Source: Sphingomonas sp. (GTDB lineage: Bacteria; Pseudomonadota; Alphaproteobacteria; Sphingomonadales; Sphingomonadaceae). Taken from it: DNA of 64,000 bases. The DNA lies in NCBI RefSeq assembly GCF_029239295.1, contig NZ_JAQZBC010000008.1:58812-122811 (forward strand), given 5' to 3'. Within the stretch, counting starts at the first letter, position 1; every line of letters starts with the position of its first letter. The notes below the pieces were generated by a model. The model ran no database searches, was not told the origin of the DNA, and was given only the letters and a program-made list of their open reading frames with translations. This document shows positions 29,680-39,224 of this stretch, one piece after another. A program made the position numbers and the translations under genes.

Positions 29680-29976
29680 ATGATCGTCAGTGTTCTGTAC
29701 CCGAATCACGACGGGGCAAAGTTCGACGCGAGCTACTACAAGGCCAAGCATGCCGAGCTCGCGAAGGAGATCTGGCAGCCCGAGCGGGTCGAGCTGATCG
29801 AAGGCCAGGCGCCGGGCGGCGGCGCTGCCCCGTTCGCGCTGATCGCGCATTTCCATTTCGCTTCGCCGGAAAGCATGGGTCAGGCAATGGCCAACCCACG
29901 GATCGGCGAGCTTCAGGCCGACGTGCCGAACTTCACTGACATCACGCCTACCATCATGGTCGGCCGGGCGCTCTGA
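29680..29976 (+). CDS. EthD family protein
   Basis: MIVSVLYP...FDASYYKAKH...DVPNFTDITP pattern; RBS GGAGAGG. Confidence 0.8.
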   Translation: MIVSVLYPNHDGAKFDASYYKAKHAELAKEIWQPERVELIEGQAPGGGAAPFALIAHFHFASPESMGQAMANPRIGELQADVPNFTDITPTIMVGRAL

Positions 29977-30269
29977 GCCCGATTGCCTCCGGTCGGTACG
30001 TGCCGGCCGGGGGCTTCTTATCTGCGCTGCGACGAGGCCATTCGTCAGGACAGCGTACAAATTCCCGCTCCGTCTGATCCGCAGGTCGGCCTCTACCATA
30101 ATCTCTCCGGCAGTGGGTCTAGGCGATGACCGCAACACCCGCCGGTTCGTCGCTCGCCAGCAGCTTTCGCCTCGCTGCTCCGTCCTTGCCGTCGACCAGC
30201 GACACAAGAAAACACCGCCGCCGCTAAACGCGATGACGGTGCGAGAACCTCAACGATTGTGCATTAAGG

Positions 30270-30851
30270 TCAGCGACCCTGCGGCGGAGCCTCAGCGCCC
30301 GGCTGCGGGGCACCCGGCATCCCCGGCATTCCGGCAGCGCCACCCATCTGCTGCTGCTGAAGCTGGCGAATCACCGCCTCAGGCAGGAAATCGAGCAGCT
30401 CGACGTCGAACACGAGCGTCGAATTACCTGGGATCGGGCCCTTCGTCTCCGCACCATAACCAAGCTCAGGCTTGATCCAGAAGCGGTACTTCGCGCCCTT
30501 CGGCATCAGCTTCAGGCCTTCGGAGAAGCCCGGAACGACGCCGGTGACAGGAAATGGCGTCGGCTGCTGGGACTTGTCGAACGTGGTTCCGTCCAGCAGC
30601 TTGCCCTCGTACATCACCAGAGCGACGTCGGTGTCTGTCGGCTTGGGCCCCGAGCCCGGCTCGATCACCTGATACTGCAGCCCGGACGGGGTCGTCACGA
30701 CACCCTTGGCGCGGGCATTGCGGGTGAGGAAATCATCCCCCTGCACCGCGAGTGCGGCGGCCGCCATGACAGCGGCCAGGATCCCCACAATCAACCAGAC
30801 AACATAGCTGCGCTTCACCGGAGCGATCGGAACAGCAGTAACGGTCGACAT
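30270..30851 (-). CDS. FKBP-type peptidyl-prolyl cis-trans isomerase
   Basis: TTPSGLQY, YEGKLLDGTTFD, GFSEGLKLMPKG, IPGNSTLVFDVELL. Confidence 0.93.
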   Translation of the reverse strand: MSTVTAVPIAPVKRSYVVWLIVGILAAVMAAAALAVQGDDFLTRNARAKGVVTTPSGLQYQVIEPGSGPKPTDTDVALVMYEGKLLDGTTFDKSQQPTPFPVTGVVPGFSEGLKLMPKGAKYRFWIKPELGYGAETKGPIPGNSTLVFDVELLDFLPEAVIRQLQQQQMGGAAGMPGMPGAPQPGAEAPPQGR

Positions 30852-30949
30852 GGCGATCCCCAGTCAAGGTCGAGCGCGGTTCACCGCGCCCGGTGGCAGC
30901 AATTTAGAAAGCGAGTCGAACCGCCGATGCGATTCATCCCCGCCGGTTG

Positions 30950-31156
30950 TTACCGGGCGCCGTCACGCTCCGCGCGCTTACGCTCCAGCTTACGCGCACG
31001 GCGGACAGCAGCTGCCCGCTCGCGAGCGCGCTTTTCCGACGGCTTTTCATAGTGCCGGCGCAGCTTCATCTCGCGGTACACGCCTTCACGCTGCAGCTTC
31101 TTCTTGAGCGCACGCAGGGCCTGATCGACGTTGTTGTCGCGAACAATGATCTGCAT
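30950..31156 (-). CDS. rpsU: 30S ribosomal protein S21
   Basis: [25 protein letters not shown]...HYEKPSEKR. Confidence 0.97.
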   Translation of the reverse strand: MQIIVRDNNVDQALRALKKKLQREGVYREMKLRRHYEKPSEKRARERAAAVRRARKLERKRAERDGAR

Positions 31157-31353
31157 AAAACCGACACTTCTCCGAGATCTGAAACAACCCGATTCCGTCA
31201 AACGGAAACGGCGGCACCAAGCATAGCCTGCGCCGTGAACCCGCTGCGTCTACCACCGCCCCGCCACCCGCGCAAGTCGCTGGTCTGTGGCGATTACATC
31301 ACAGCGTCAGCGCCGCCCTTTTCGCCCGCCAATCCCGGCGGTAGAGCGAACGC

Positions 31354-32784
31354 ATGACGCCGTTATCGCTGTACGACAGCCTGTCACGCTCCTTGCGCGT
31401 GTTCGAACCGCTCGACCCGCAACGCGGCGTGCGAGTCTATTCCTGCGGTCCGACCGTCTACAATTATGCGCATATCGGCAATCTACGTGCCTATGTGTTC
31501 ACCGACACGCTGTCGCGCACGCTGACATGGAAGGGCTATGACCTGACCCATGTCATCAACATCACTGACGTCGGCCATTTGACATCGGACGCTGATGCCG
31601 GCGACGACAAGATGGAAGCAGCGGCCAAGCGAGCGGGTCAGGACATCTGGGCGGTGGCGCGTCATTATACCGACGCGTTCAAGCGCAACTTGGCGGACCT
31701 CAATATTCGCGCGCCGACTCATCTACCGCTGGCGACCGATCACATTGCGGAGATGATCGACTTTGCCGCCGCGATCGAGGCAAAGCATTGCTACCGCCTG
31801 GAAAGCGGCCTCTATTTCGACGTAACGACGGTGCCGGACTATGGCCGGCTCGCGCGATTGAAGGACGACGCAGGAGAAAGCCGGATCGACCCGGTGGATG
31901 GCAAGCGTCACGCACAGGATTTCGCGATCTGGCGCACGTCAGCGCCCGGCGAGAACCGCCAGATGGAATGGGATTCGCCCTGGGGCCGGGGCGCCCCGGG
32001 CTGGCATCTCGAATGTTCGGTGATGAGCCAGAAGTATCTTGGCGAATCGTTCGATATCCACACCGGCGGGATCGATCATCGCGAGATCCACCATCCGAAC
32101 GAGATCGCGCAGAACCAGGCCCATTGCGACTGCGCCGACAGCGGCGCCGCGTTCTGGATGCACAATAACTTCCTGGTCGAACGCGCCGGCAAGATGAGCA
32201 AATCCTCTGGCGAGTTCCTGACGCTGCAGGCCCTGGTGGACAGGGGATATCATCCGCTGTCGTATCGGATGCTGTGCCTTCAGGCGCATTACCGAAGCGA
32301 ATTGGAGTTCAGCTGGGACAATCTGGCAGCGGCGCAGGTGCGGCTGAAGCGACTGGTCCAGGCGATCGAGGGATTGCGCGCCCGGACCGACGCGCCATCC
32401 AAGGGATCGCCAGCCGCGTATCGAGAGGCGCTGGATGCAGCGATCTCCGATGATCTCGCAACCCCGCGCGCGCTCCCGGTGCTGGACTCCTTGATCGGCG
32501 ACAAGAAGGTGTCGCCCGCGGACCGGCTGGCCGCGCTGAGCGACTTTGTCGACGTGCTCGGCATTCCCCTCGACACCCTGCGGCGTGAGGATCTTCGCGT
32601 GCGTCCAGCGGCGGCGACCGTCACGCCGGATCAGATCGAGGCGCGGCTGGAGGAGCGGAAGGCTACCCGAGCAGCAAAGGACTTTGCCGCGTCCGACTCC
32701 ATCCGCGATTCGCTGGCGGCGGCGGGAGTCGAGGTGATGGACGGCGATCCGCTCGGCTGGGACTGGCGCCTCCCGACCGCCTGA
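31354..32784 (+). CDS. cysS: Cysteine--tRNA ligase
   Basis: CGPTVYNYAHIGN, PGWHLECS, HHPNEIAQ, KMSKS. Confidence 0.97.
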   Translation: MTPLSLYDSLSRSLRVFEPLDPQRGVRVYSCGPTVYNYAHIGNLRAYVFTDTLSRTLTWKGYDLTHVINITDVGHLTSDADAGDDKMEAAAKRAGQDIWAVARHYTDAFKRNLADLNIRAPTHLPLATDHIAEMIDFAAAIEAKHCYRLESGLYFDVTTVPDYGRLARLKDDAGESRIDPVDGKRHAQDFAIWRTSAPGENRQMEWDSPWGRGAPGWHLECSVMSQKYLGESFDIHTGGIDHREIHHPNEIAQNQAHCDCADSGAAFWMHNNFLVERAGKMSKSSGEFLTLQALVDRGYHPLSYRMLCLQAHYRSELEFSWDNLAAAQVRLKRLVQAIEGLRARTDAPSKGSPAAYREALDAAISDDLATPRALPVLDSLIGDKKVSPADRLAALSDFVDVLGIPLDTLRREDLRVRPAAATVTPDQIEARLEERKATRAAKDFAASDSIRDSLAAAGVEVMDGDPLGWDWRLPTA

Positions 32785-32821
32785 GGAGCGTAACGGCGCT
32801 CCTTCCCCGCTGACGCGGACG

Positions 32822-33775
32822 TTACTTCATCGGCTGGTCACGGCTGGCCAAGATAGGCGGTACGAACGGCCGTTGCTGTTCGCCCAAAGCGGCGGCAGCG
32901 GCCTCGATTGCAGCGACCCGCCGCTTCGTTGCCGGATGGGTTCGGCTGCGGAAAAGCCCGCCGTCGATGTCGCCACCGCGCTCGCGCCAGAAGCGGGCGG
33001 CCGATGCGGGATCGTAGCCAGCGTTGTAGAGTAGCGTCACGCCGAGCGTATCGGCCTCCAGCTCTGCTGCTTGGCCCAGACTGGCGTTGCGCCCCAGTTC
33101 GCCCAGCAGCCCGCCCTTCACGCCCGCCGCCTCCAGCCGGACACGGTGGCGCAAGATATTATGAGCCAGTTCGTGGGCGACGATCACAGCGACTTCATCG
33201 TCGCGGTATCGTTCAAAGAAGCGAACGCCGATCTGCACGACCTTGCCATCCGCCTGCGCAGTCATTTCTGGCCCGAGCAGGACTTCAAAGCGGCTGCGGC
33301 AGCCAAGCGGCGCGTTGATCGCGACCGCCTGAGTCCTTCCGCCGCGCGTGGTCGCGACGCGAATCGGTGTCGCCGCCCTCTCCAGCAAGGTCAGCGCGGA
33401 GTCGCGATCAACGCTCGACGGCGGGGCGGCAGCGGCGGTCAGCGGTCGTTCCCCGATCGACAGCACGCCATCGTTAGGGGCCACGCCGGCCGCCGCGGCG
33501 GGCGATCCTGGCACGACGGCCTCCACGCTGATCGGGGCGGTAAATCCGAACACCTGTCGCGCCGTCGGCTGCGTCTCCCGATCATATTGGTTGATAGCGT
33601 GCAGCACCATGCCGGTGGCGGGCGCCTGATCCCGGCACAATTGCGCATTGGCCGTAACAAGACGATGCGCGATGGTGGCAAGGCGAAGATCGATCGTCCG
33701 CAGCGCTTCGAGGCTGGCGGCGTCAAGGCCGGGAGGGGGAACTGGCGCCGCGGCGGCGAGGAGCAAGGCAATCAC
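32822..33775 (-). CDS. PDZ-domain M48-family metallopeptidase
   Basis: PDZ-like (VVPGSPAAAAGV), HELAH zinc motif, ELEAD, RTHP; start GTG 33775 or 33814. Confidence 0.75.
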   Translation of the reverse strand: MIALLLAAAAPVPPPGLDAASLEALRTIDLRLATIAHRLVTANAQLCRDQAPATGMVLHAINQYDRETQPTARQVFGFTAPISVEAVVPGSPAAAAGVAPNDGVLSIGERPLTAAAAPPSSVDRDSALTLLERAATPIRVATTRGGRTQAVAINAPLGCRSRFEVLLGPEMTAQADGKVVQIGVRFFERYRDDEVAVIVAHELAHNILRHRVRLEAAGVKGGLLGELGRNASLGQAAELEADTLGVTLLYNAGYDPASAARFWRERGGDIDGGLFRSRTHPATKRRVAAIEAAAAALGEQQRPFVPPILASRDQPMK

Positions 33776-33822
33776 ATGATGACGATAGGCGACCCCGGGA
33801 TCACGCGCTATCACCCTTGTCC

Positions 33823-34761
33823 ATGAAGGCAGTTCTTCCCGCGCTCGCCCGCCCGCTGCTGGAAACGCAGCTCCCCGCAGACATCGAGGTGGCGTGGTGG
33901 TCCAGCCCCGCAGAGGCCAAGACGATGATCGGCGATGCCCACATCGCGTGGGTCGACATGCAGCCGACCCGGTTGACGGAGGAGACGCTGCGCGCTGCAG
34001 GCCCTTCGCTACGCTGGGTGACGACGATCTACGCCGGGCTCGACGCTTTCCCGCTGGATACTCTACGCGAGAAGAAGGCCGTCCTGACCAATGGCGTGGG
34101 CATCAACGCCATCGCGGTGGCAGAGTATGCGGTGCTGGGCGTGCTGGCGGCCGCCAAGCGGTTCGACGAGGTGGTGCGCGCGCAGGACCGCGCCGAGTGG
34201 CTGCGCGATTCGCCCGGCAAGACGGAGCTTTCGGAAACGAAGGCGATCATCATCGGCTATGGCGCGATCGGCCGTCTGATCGGCGAGCGGCTGGCCGCGT
34301 TCGGCGTCGAGGTGACGGGTGTGACGCGGTCCGGCAGCAATGGGACGCTGACCCCCGATGCGTGGCGCGCCCGGCTAGGTGACTATGACTGGGTGATCCT
34401 GGCCGCCCCATCGACCAGTGAGACCAAGGCGATGATCGGCGCCGAGGAACTGGCAGCGATGAAGACGGGCGCCTGGCTGATCAACATCGCGCGCGGCGAC
34501 ATGATCGACGACGACGCATTATTGTCGGCGCTATCCAGCGGCGCGATCGGCGGTGCGTTCCTCGATCCGACGAACCCGGAGCCGCTGCCCGTCGACCATC
34601 CGCTGTGGACCGCACCCAACTGCATGATCACGATGCATCTGTCGGGACGTAGCCAGACCAAGATGTTCCAACGCGCTACTGCGATGTTCCTGCGAAACCT
34701 GGCGGCGTTTCGCGCCGGGCAGCCGATGGAGAATGTCGCGGATCTCGACCGCGGTTACTGA
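33823..34761 (+). CDS. D-2-hydroxyacid dehydrogenase family protein
   Basis: IIGYGAIG, LINIARG, AFLDPTNPEPLP, ITMHLSG. Confidence 0.9.
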   Translation: MKAVLPALARPLLETQLPADIEVAWWSSPAEAKTMIGDAHIAWVDMQPTRLTEETLRAAGPSLRWVTTIYAGLDAFPLDTLREKKAVLTNGVGINAIAVAEYAVLGVLAAAKRFDEVVRAQDRAEWLRDSPGKTELSETKAIIIGYGAIGRLIGERLAAFGVEVTGVTRSGSNGTLTPDAWRARLGDYDWVILAAPSTSETKAMIGAEELAAMKTGAWLINIARGDMIDDDALLSALSSGAIGGAFLDPTNPEPLPVDHPLWTAPNCMITMHLSGRSQTKMFQRATAMFLRNLAAFRAGQPMENVADLDRGY

Positions 34762-34780
34762 CAAACGGCGGCGTGATCGC

Positions 34781-35167
34781 TCAGCCGATCATGCCGCCCT
34801 CGTTTGCGGCCAGCACCCGGCCCATGGCGTCGAACAGATTGTCCATCGCAACCGGTTTGAAGATGACATCGTCGGCGCCGGCGGCCAGGCACCGCTCGCG
34901 CAGGTCGACCGCCGTGTCCGCGGTGACCACGATGATGGGAACGCGCCCCTTCTGATCGGGACGCGCGCGAATGTGGCGAATGGCCGTGATGCCATCCATG
35001 CCTGGCATCCGCAGATCGACCAGCAGCATGTCAAAATCCTGCCCGTCGAGCAGGCGCAGCCCCTCTTCCGCGCTTTCCGCCTCGATCATATCGGCGCCGG
35101 CGACGTTGAGCATGTCGCGGACGACCCGACGATTCATCCTATCATCCTCGATGAAGAGGACGTTCAT
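34781..35167 (-). CDS. Single-domain response regulator
   Basis: IEDD acid pocket, LVDLRMPGMDG, VVTA, FKPV. Confidence 0.92.
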   Translation of the reverse strand: MNVLFIEDDRMNRRVVRDMLNVAGADMIEAESAEEGLRLLDGQDFDMLLVDLRMPGMDGITAIRHIRARPDQKGRVPIIVVTADTAVDLRERCLAAGADDVIFKPVAMDNLFDAMGRVLAANEGGMIG

Positions 35168-35221
35168 GGCCGTTTGCCACAAAGGCAGTCTGATTGTTCC
35201 ATTACCGATACTATTATCGTC

Positions 35222-37627
35222 TCAAGCTGCCTTGGAGACAAGTCCACTTGCGTGCGGTTCAGCTCCGAAAAGCACGTTAACCAAGTTATCTTTCGCAATC
35301 GGCTTGGTGATGAACTGGGCAACGCCTGATGCGGCAAATGCAGCTTGGTCTTCTGCCGGCAGCGACGGCCCAAGTAGCGCAATCCGCGCATGCGGCGCCA
35401 CCGCCACGATTTTCTGAATGCCTGCAATCACATCCTCACTGCCGCCGTGCAGCGTCGCGTGATCGATCAGCACCATCGCGGGCTGGCGTTCGGCCAGTAT
35501 CTGCTCTGCCTCGGATGCGCCGGCCGCAAAGATCACGGTGCCGCCGCGCGGCTCCAGCAGCGCCTTGAACATCGCGCGGGTGATCGGATTGCGGTCGATC
35601 ACGAGTACGCCGTCTCCCGTCGCACGAGTATCACCCGCCTCCACCAATTCCGCAGGATGGTACGGCAGTTCCAGCGTGAAGGTCGCGCCTTCGCCCTCGG
35701 CACTGGCAACGGTGACGTCGCCGCCCATGGCGCGCGACAGGTTTCGACAGATCGACAGGCCCAACCCCGTACCGCCGAACTGACGGGTCGTACCGGCGTC
35801 GGCCTGACGAAACGGTTCAAAGATGATCTCGTGCTTCTCGGGCGCGATACCGATCCCGGTATCGGCGACGATCAGGCGCCAGCGCTCGCCGACGATCTCG
35901 GCGCGCACGGTTACTGATCCTTCCGGTGTGAACTTCACGGCATTGGAGAGCAGGTTGAAGATGATCTGCCGCAGGCGCATGCCATCGACCAGCGCGCATT
36001 CCGGCCCGTTATCGATGGCAAGGGTGAACGCCAGTTTCTTCTCGCGCGCCGGCCCTTCCCATAATTGTCCGGCTTCCTTGAGGACCCGCTGAATATCGGT
36101 CGGCGCTTCCTCAAGCGTCATCTTACCGGTTTCGATCTTGGCGACATCGAGAATGTCGTCGACCAACGCCCGCATGGTGATGCCGGCGCCGTGCACGACC
36201 GACAGCCGTTCGCGTATCGCGCCATCCACCCGCTCGTCGGCCAGCATCACCTGCGTCATGCCAAGAATGCCGTTGAGCGGGGTGCGGATCTCGTGACTGG
36301 TCGTCGCTAGGAATTCGGTCTTGGCAGCCAGTGCCTTGCCCAGTGCGACGTTGGTGCGGGCGAGCGCATTGCGGCTGCGACGGATTGTGATCAGGCCAAA
36401 TGCCAGCAGGCTGATGATGAGCAGCGTGGTCACGCCGACTCCGATCGTGATCCACTGCTGCGCCTGCGCCCGCGCGCGTTCGAACGCGACTGTCTTCTGC
36501 AGGTCGGCGGCCTTTAGCTGCGCAATCCGCAGTTCCTGATTCGCGAAATCGAACCGCGCCCCCGCGATCGCTGCACTGTTGGAGCGCGCGGTTTCGGTCG
36601 CTTGATCATCAAGGCGCTTCAGGGCGGCGAGGTGCTGCAAGGCGAGGTAGTTGCGGCCAGCCTTCGCGTAGATCTTATACGCGACATCATGCGCCTGCCG
36701 ATCGGGCGACAGCGTTGCCGTAAGATCCTCACCCGCAAATCGCTGCGAGATGAGTTGCTCGGCACGCTGAAGGTCCCCACGACGAAAGGCCGAATCGGCG
36801 GCCAACGCGACGAAACTGGGATAATAGGCCGACGCGCCGGCCTGGCGGGTTAATGCCAACCCTTCGGCAATCACCTGATCGGCACCGGCGGCGTTTCCGC
36901 GATCGAGACGGACGTCGGCTACGTTCGTCAGGATCTGAGCGTAGACAACCTTGCTCTTCATCTCGCTGGCGTAGGAAAGTGCCTTTGCCAGCTCTGCTTC
37001 CGATTCGGGGAGGCGCTGGAGCTCCTTCAGGGCCAGTCCGCGTCCGTTGTGAATGGCAACAAGCAAACCCGGATCCGCGCGGTAGGCATCCAACGCCTGA
37101 TCGAAGTAGCGCAGCGCAGTCGTATGATCCTTGCCATTCGTATGCACGACCGCAAGCATGATCAGCGCTTTCGCCCGGCCCCGCGTATCGTCCAGGTCGC
37201 GAAACATATGATGCGCGCGGCGCAGATCCTCGAGCGCCCGACCCACTTGCCCGGTGGCGTAGAGGACGCCCCCTTCCGAAAGAAGGATATCGGCGTTCAG
37301 CTGTGATCCCGGCGCGGCGCGCTCGACGAGCTTTCGTGCGGTCGCAAGATCCTGGGCGGCGGGCTGATACTGGACGATACGGCTTCTCGCCTCGCCCATC
37401 AGCCAGCGAGCGGTCGCCTCCATCAGCGGCGACTTCATTTGCCGCGCATAGTTCAATGCTGCGGTTGCCTGATCCACCGCCGCCGCGGGATCGGTCAGCA
37501 TCTCTGCTTTGATGCCCGCGGCCATGACGTCAAATCGTGCATCTCGGCCGGGCGCCGTTGGAGCAGCGCCAGCCAGCAGCAACGGCGCCAAGGCAGCCAT
37601 GAAGTACCGGCGCGTTCTCCGCGCCAT
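35222..37627 (-). CDS. Hybrid sensor histidine kinase with extracytoplasmic TPR-like domain and C-terminal receiver
   Basis: Signal-like N-terminus, helical Ala-rich TPR-type repeats, TM, SHEIRTPLNG H-box, QIIFNLLSNAVKFT, DTGIG, GGTGLGLSI, REC tail. Confidence 0.88.
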   Translation of the reverse strand: MARRTRRYFMAALAPLLLAGAAPTAPGRDARFDVMAAGIKAEMLTDPAAAVDQATAALNYARQMKSPLMEATARWLMGEARSRIVQYQPAAQDLATARKLVERAAPGSQLNADILLSEGGVLYATGQVGRALEDLRRAHHMFRDLDDTRGRAKALIMLAVVHTNGKDHTTALRYFDQALDAYRADPGLLVAIHNGRGLALKELQRLPESEAELAKALSYASEMKSKVVYAQILTNVADVRLDRGNAAGADQVIAEGLALTRQAGASAYYPSFVALAADSAFRRGDLQRAEQLISQRFAGEDLTATLSPDRQAHDVAYKIYAKAGRNYLALQHLAALKRLDDQATETARSNSAAIAGARFDFANQELRIAQLKAADLQKTVAFERARAQAQQWITIGVGVTTLLIISLLAFGLITIRRSRNALARTNVALGKALAAKTEFLATTSHEIRTPLNGILGMTQVMLADERVDGAIRERLSVVHGAGITMRALVDDILDVAKIETGKMTLEEAPTDIQRVLKEAGQLWEGPAREKKLAFTLAIDNGPECALVDGMRLRQIIFNLLSNAVKFTPEGSVTVRAEIVGERWRLIVADTGIGIAPEKHEIIFEPFRQADAGTTRQFGGTGLGLSICRNLSRAMGGDVTVASAEGEGATFTLELPYHPAELVEAGDTRATGDGVLVIDRNPITRAMFKALLEPRGGTVIFAAGASEAEQILAERQPAMVLIDHATLHGGSEDVIAGIQKIVAVAPHARIALLGPSLPAEDQAAFAASGVAQFITKPIAKDNLVNVLFGAEPHASGLVSKAA

Positions 37628-38949
37628 CAGCCGCGCTTCCAGGCGGTCGCCAAACCGTTGAAGGACGCCCGTGTGTCACGCGACACGTGTTGGTGCTGAT
37701 CTTCCTCAAGGAAGGCCAGCAAGGCTGGCAGCGCGACCGGACGGCTGATGAGGAAGCCTTGCACCATGTCACAACCCATGACCGTCAGCAGTGCAAGGGC
37801 GGAATGTGTTTCCACTCCCTCTGCCACCACCTCCATCTCCAGTGCGTGAGCGAGGTCGATCGTCGAGCGGACGATCAGCGGATCGCGATTGGAGCTAGTC
37901 AGTTGGGTGACGAACAGCTTGTCGATCTTCAGCTCCCGCGCAGGCAGTTGCTTCAGATAGGCAAGGCTCGACAACCCGGCGCCGTAATCGTCGATCGCGA
38001 CGATGATCCCGATGTCGGCGAACCGCTGAAGGTTCGCAATCGCCGACTCAGGGTCGCGAATGACGGACGTTTCCGTGACTTCGAACCCGAGCTTCGCATC
38101 CGCCTCGATGACCAGGCGGCACGCCGCGTCGACAAAGTTCTGGTCGCCCAGAAGCTGTCCCGAAATGTTGATGAAGATCCGAAGATCGTGCCCTGCGGCC
38201 TGTAGGGTGCGCTGGTCATCAATCGCGCGGCGGATCGTCCATAGGGTCAGCAGGTCGATGACCTCGCCGTCTTCGGCAGCGCCGATGAAGTCCCCGGGCA
38301 GCACCAGCCCACGATCGGGATGGTTCCATCGAACCAGCGCCTCTGCGCTGCCGATTTCTTGCCGTCTGACGTGGATCTTCGGCTGATAGGCGAGAAAGAG
38401 CTGATCTTCCGTGATCGCGGCACGCAACTCATCCGACACGCGGCGGATATCCCGCGCTTCTGGGCCCGCGAGATCATGGCGCACGGGCGAATGAACCGAG
38501 CGCGCTTCCACCAGCGCAGCTTCGGCCTCTTCCACCAGCCTTACCTCGTCAGCCTGTGGCACGCGGCCAGCCGCCGCGCCAAAGACAAGCTCGATCTCGT
38601 GCAATTCGCCGTCCAGGTCGAACATCGGCTCGCATAGGTCCCGCAGCCGGTCGAGCGTCTCATCGAGATCGCCTGCGCGGTCCCCTTCAAACGCGATTTC
38701 GATGGTCGTTCTGCTGGTCGCTGCCAGCCGCAACGTCGGCAGCGCCGAGCCAATGCGTGACTGGACATCGGCGACCAGTAATTCGGCACGCGCGCAGCCC
38801 AGATGCCGCCGGATCTTCGCGAAGTTAGCGATCTCCCCAAGCACGAGGAATTGCCACGTGGGACGCTGCGCCGCGAGCGCGGACAGAGTCGCAAGTGCCT
38901 GCTCTCGCGATGCGGGAACGTCGACAGATTGTGAGCCGGGGCCAGCCAT
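37627..38949 (-). CDS. EAL-domain c-di-GMP phosphodiesterase with degenerate GGDEF-like N-terminus
   Basis: YQPKI, EALVRW, INIS, EVTET, DDYGAG, LKIDK, EGVET, QGF; no GGDEF motif; TGATG overlap with the kinase gene. Confidence 0.88.
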   Translation of the reverse strand: MAGPGSQSVDVPASREQALATLSALAAQRPTWQFLVLGEIANFAKIRRHLGCARAELLVADVQSRIGSALPTLRLAATSRTTIEIAFEGDRAGDLDETLDRLRDLCEPMFDLDGELHEIELVFGAAAGRVPQADEVRLVEEAEAALVEARSVHSPVRHDLAGPEARDIRRVSDELRAAITEDQLFLAYQPKIHVRRQEIGSAEALVRWNHPDRGLVLPGDFIGAAEDGEVIDLLTLWTIRRAIDDQRTLQAAGHDLRIFINISGQLLGDQNFVDAACRLVIEADAKLGFEVTETSVIRDPESAIANLQRFADIGIIVAIDDYGAGLSSLAYLKQLPARELKIDKLFVTQLTSSNRDPLIVRSTIDLAHALEMEVVAEGVETHSALALLTVMGCDMVQGFLISRPVALPALLAFLEEDQHQHVSRDTRASFNGLATAWKRG

Positions 38950-39044
38950 ACCGTGCTGGAGCTACCGCCCGATGCCTAAACATACCTTTAATCACCGTCC
39001 AAAGTCGGAACGATAAGCATCGAGCAGCTAAATACCCTTGTGAT

Positions 39045-39063
39045 ATGGTAAACAAATCGTTAA
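39045..39063. promoter_or_regulatory. Candidate CtrA binding site
   Basis: Minus strand TTAA-N7-TTTACCAT, one mismatch to TTAA-N7-TTAAC, in an AT-rich divergent promoter region. Confidence 0.45.
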
Positions 39064-39109
39064 ATCATAGCACGCACCTTCTGGGGTGCTAAAAACTAGG
39101 GAGTTCGAC

Positions 39110-39163
39110 ATGATCGCTTTCATTATCGCGCTGATTTACGGCACCGACGTTAAGCCCTGGTAA
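39110..39163 (+). CDS. 17-aa micro-ORF MIAFIIALIYGTDVKPW
   Basis: AGGGAG RBS with 6-nt spacing; hydrophobic N-half; terminator hairpin overlaps the stop codon. Confidence 0.55.
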   Translation: MIAFIIALIYGTDVKPW

Positions 39164-39174
39164 GGGCTTTGTTT
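39152..39174 (+). terminator. Terminator-like hairpin overlapping the micro-ORF stop
   Basis: AAGCCCT-GGTA-AGGGCTT followed by TGTTT. Confidence 0.5.
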
Positions 39175-39224
39175 GGCTATTTTGCTCGGCAGAACTGCGG
39201 CTAGGCAGTAATCTTCCGCTCAAT

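Noticed and set aside
30085-30115. GGAGAGA...GCCGA on the minus strand resembling a glycine riboswitch
   Set aside because: The GAAGG and CTCTCAGG elements are missing and there is no downstream gene on that strand
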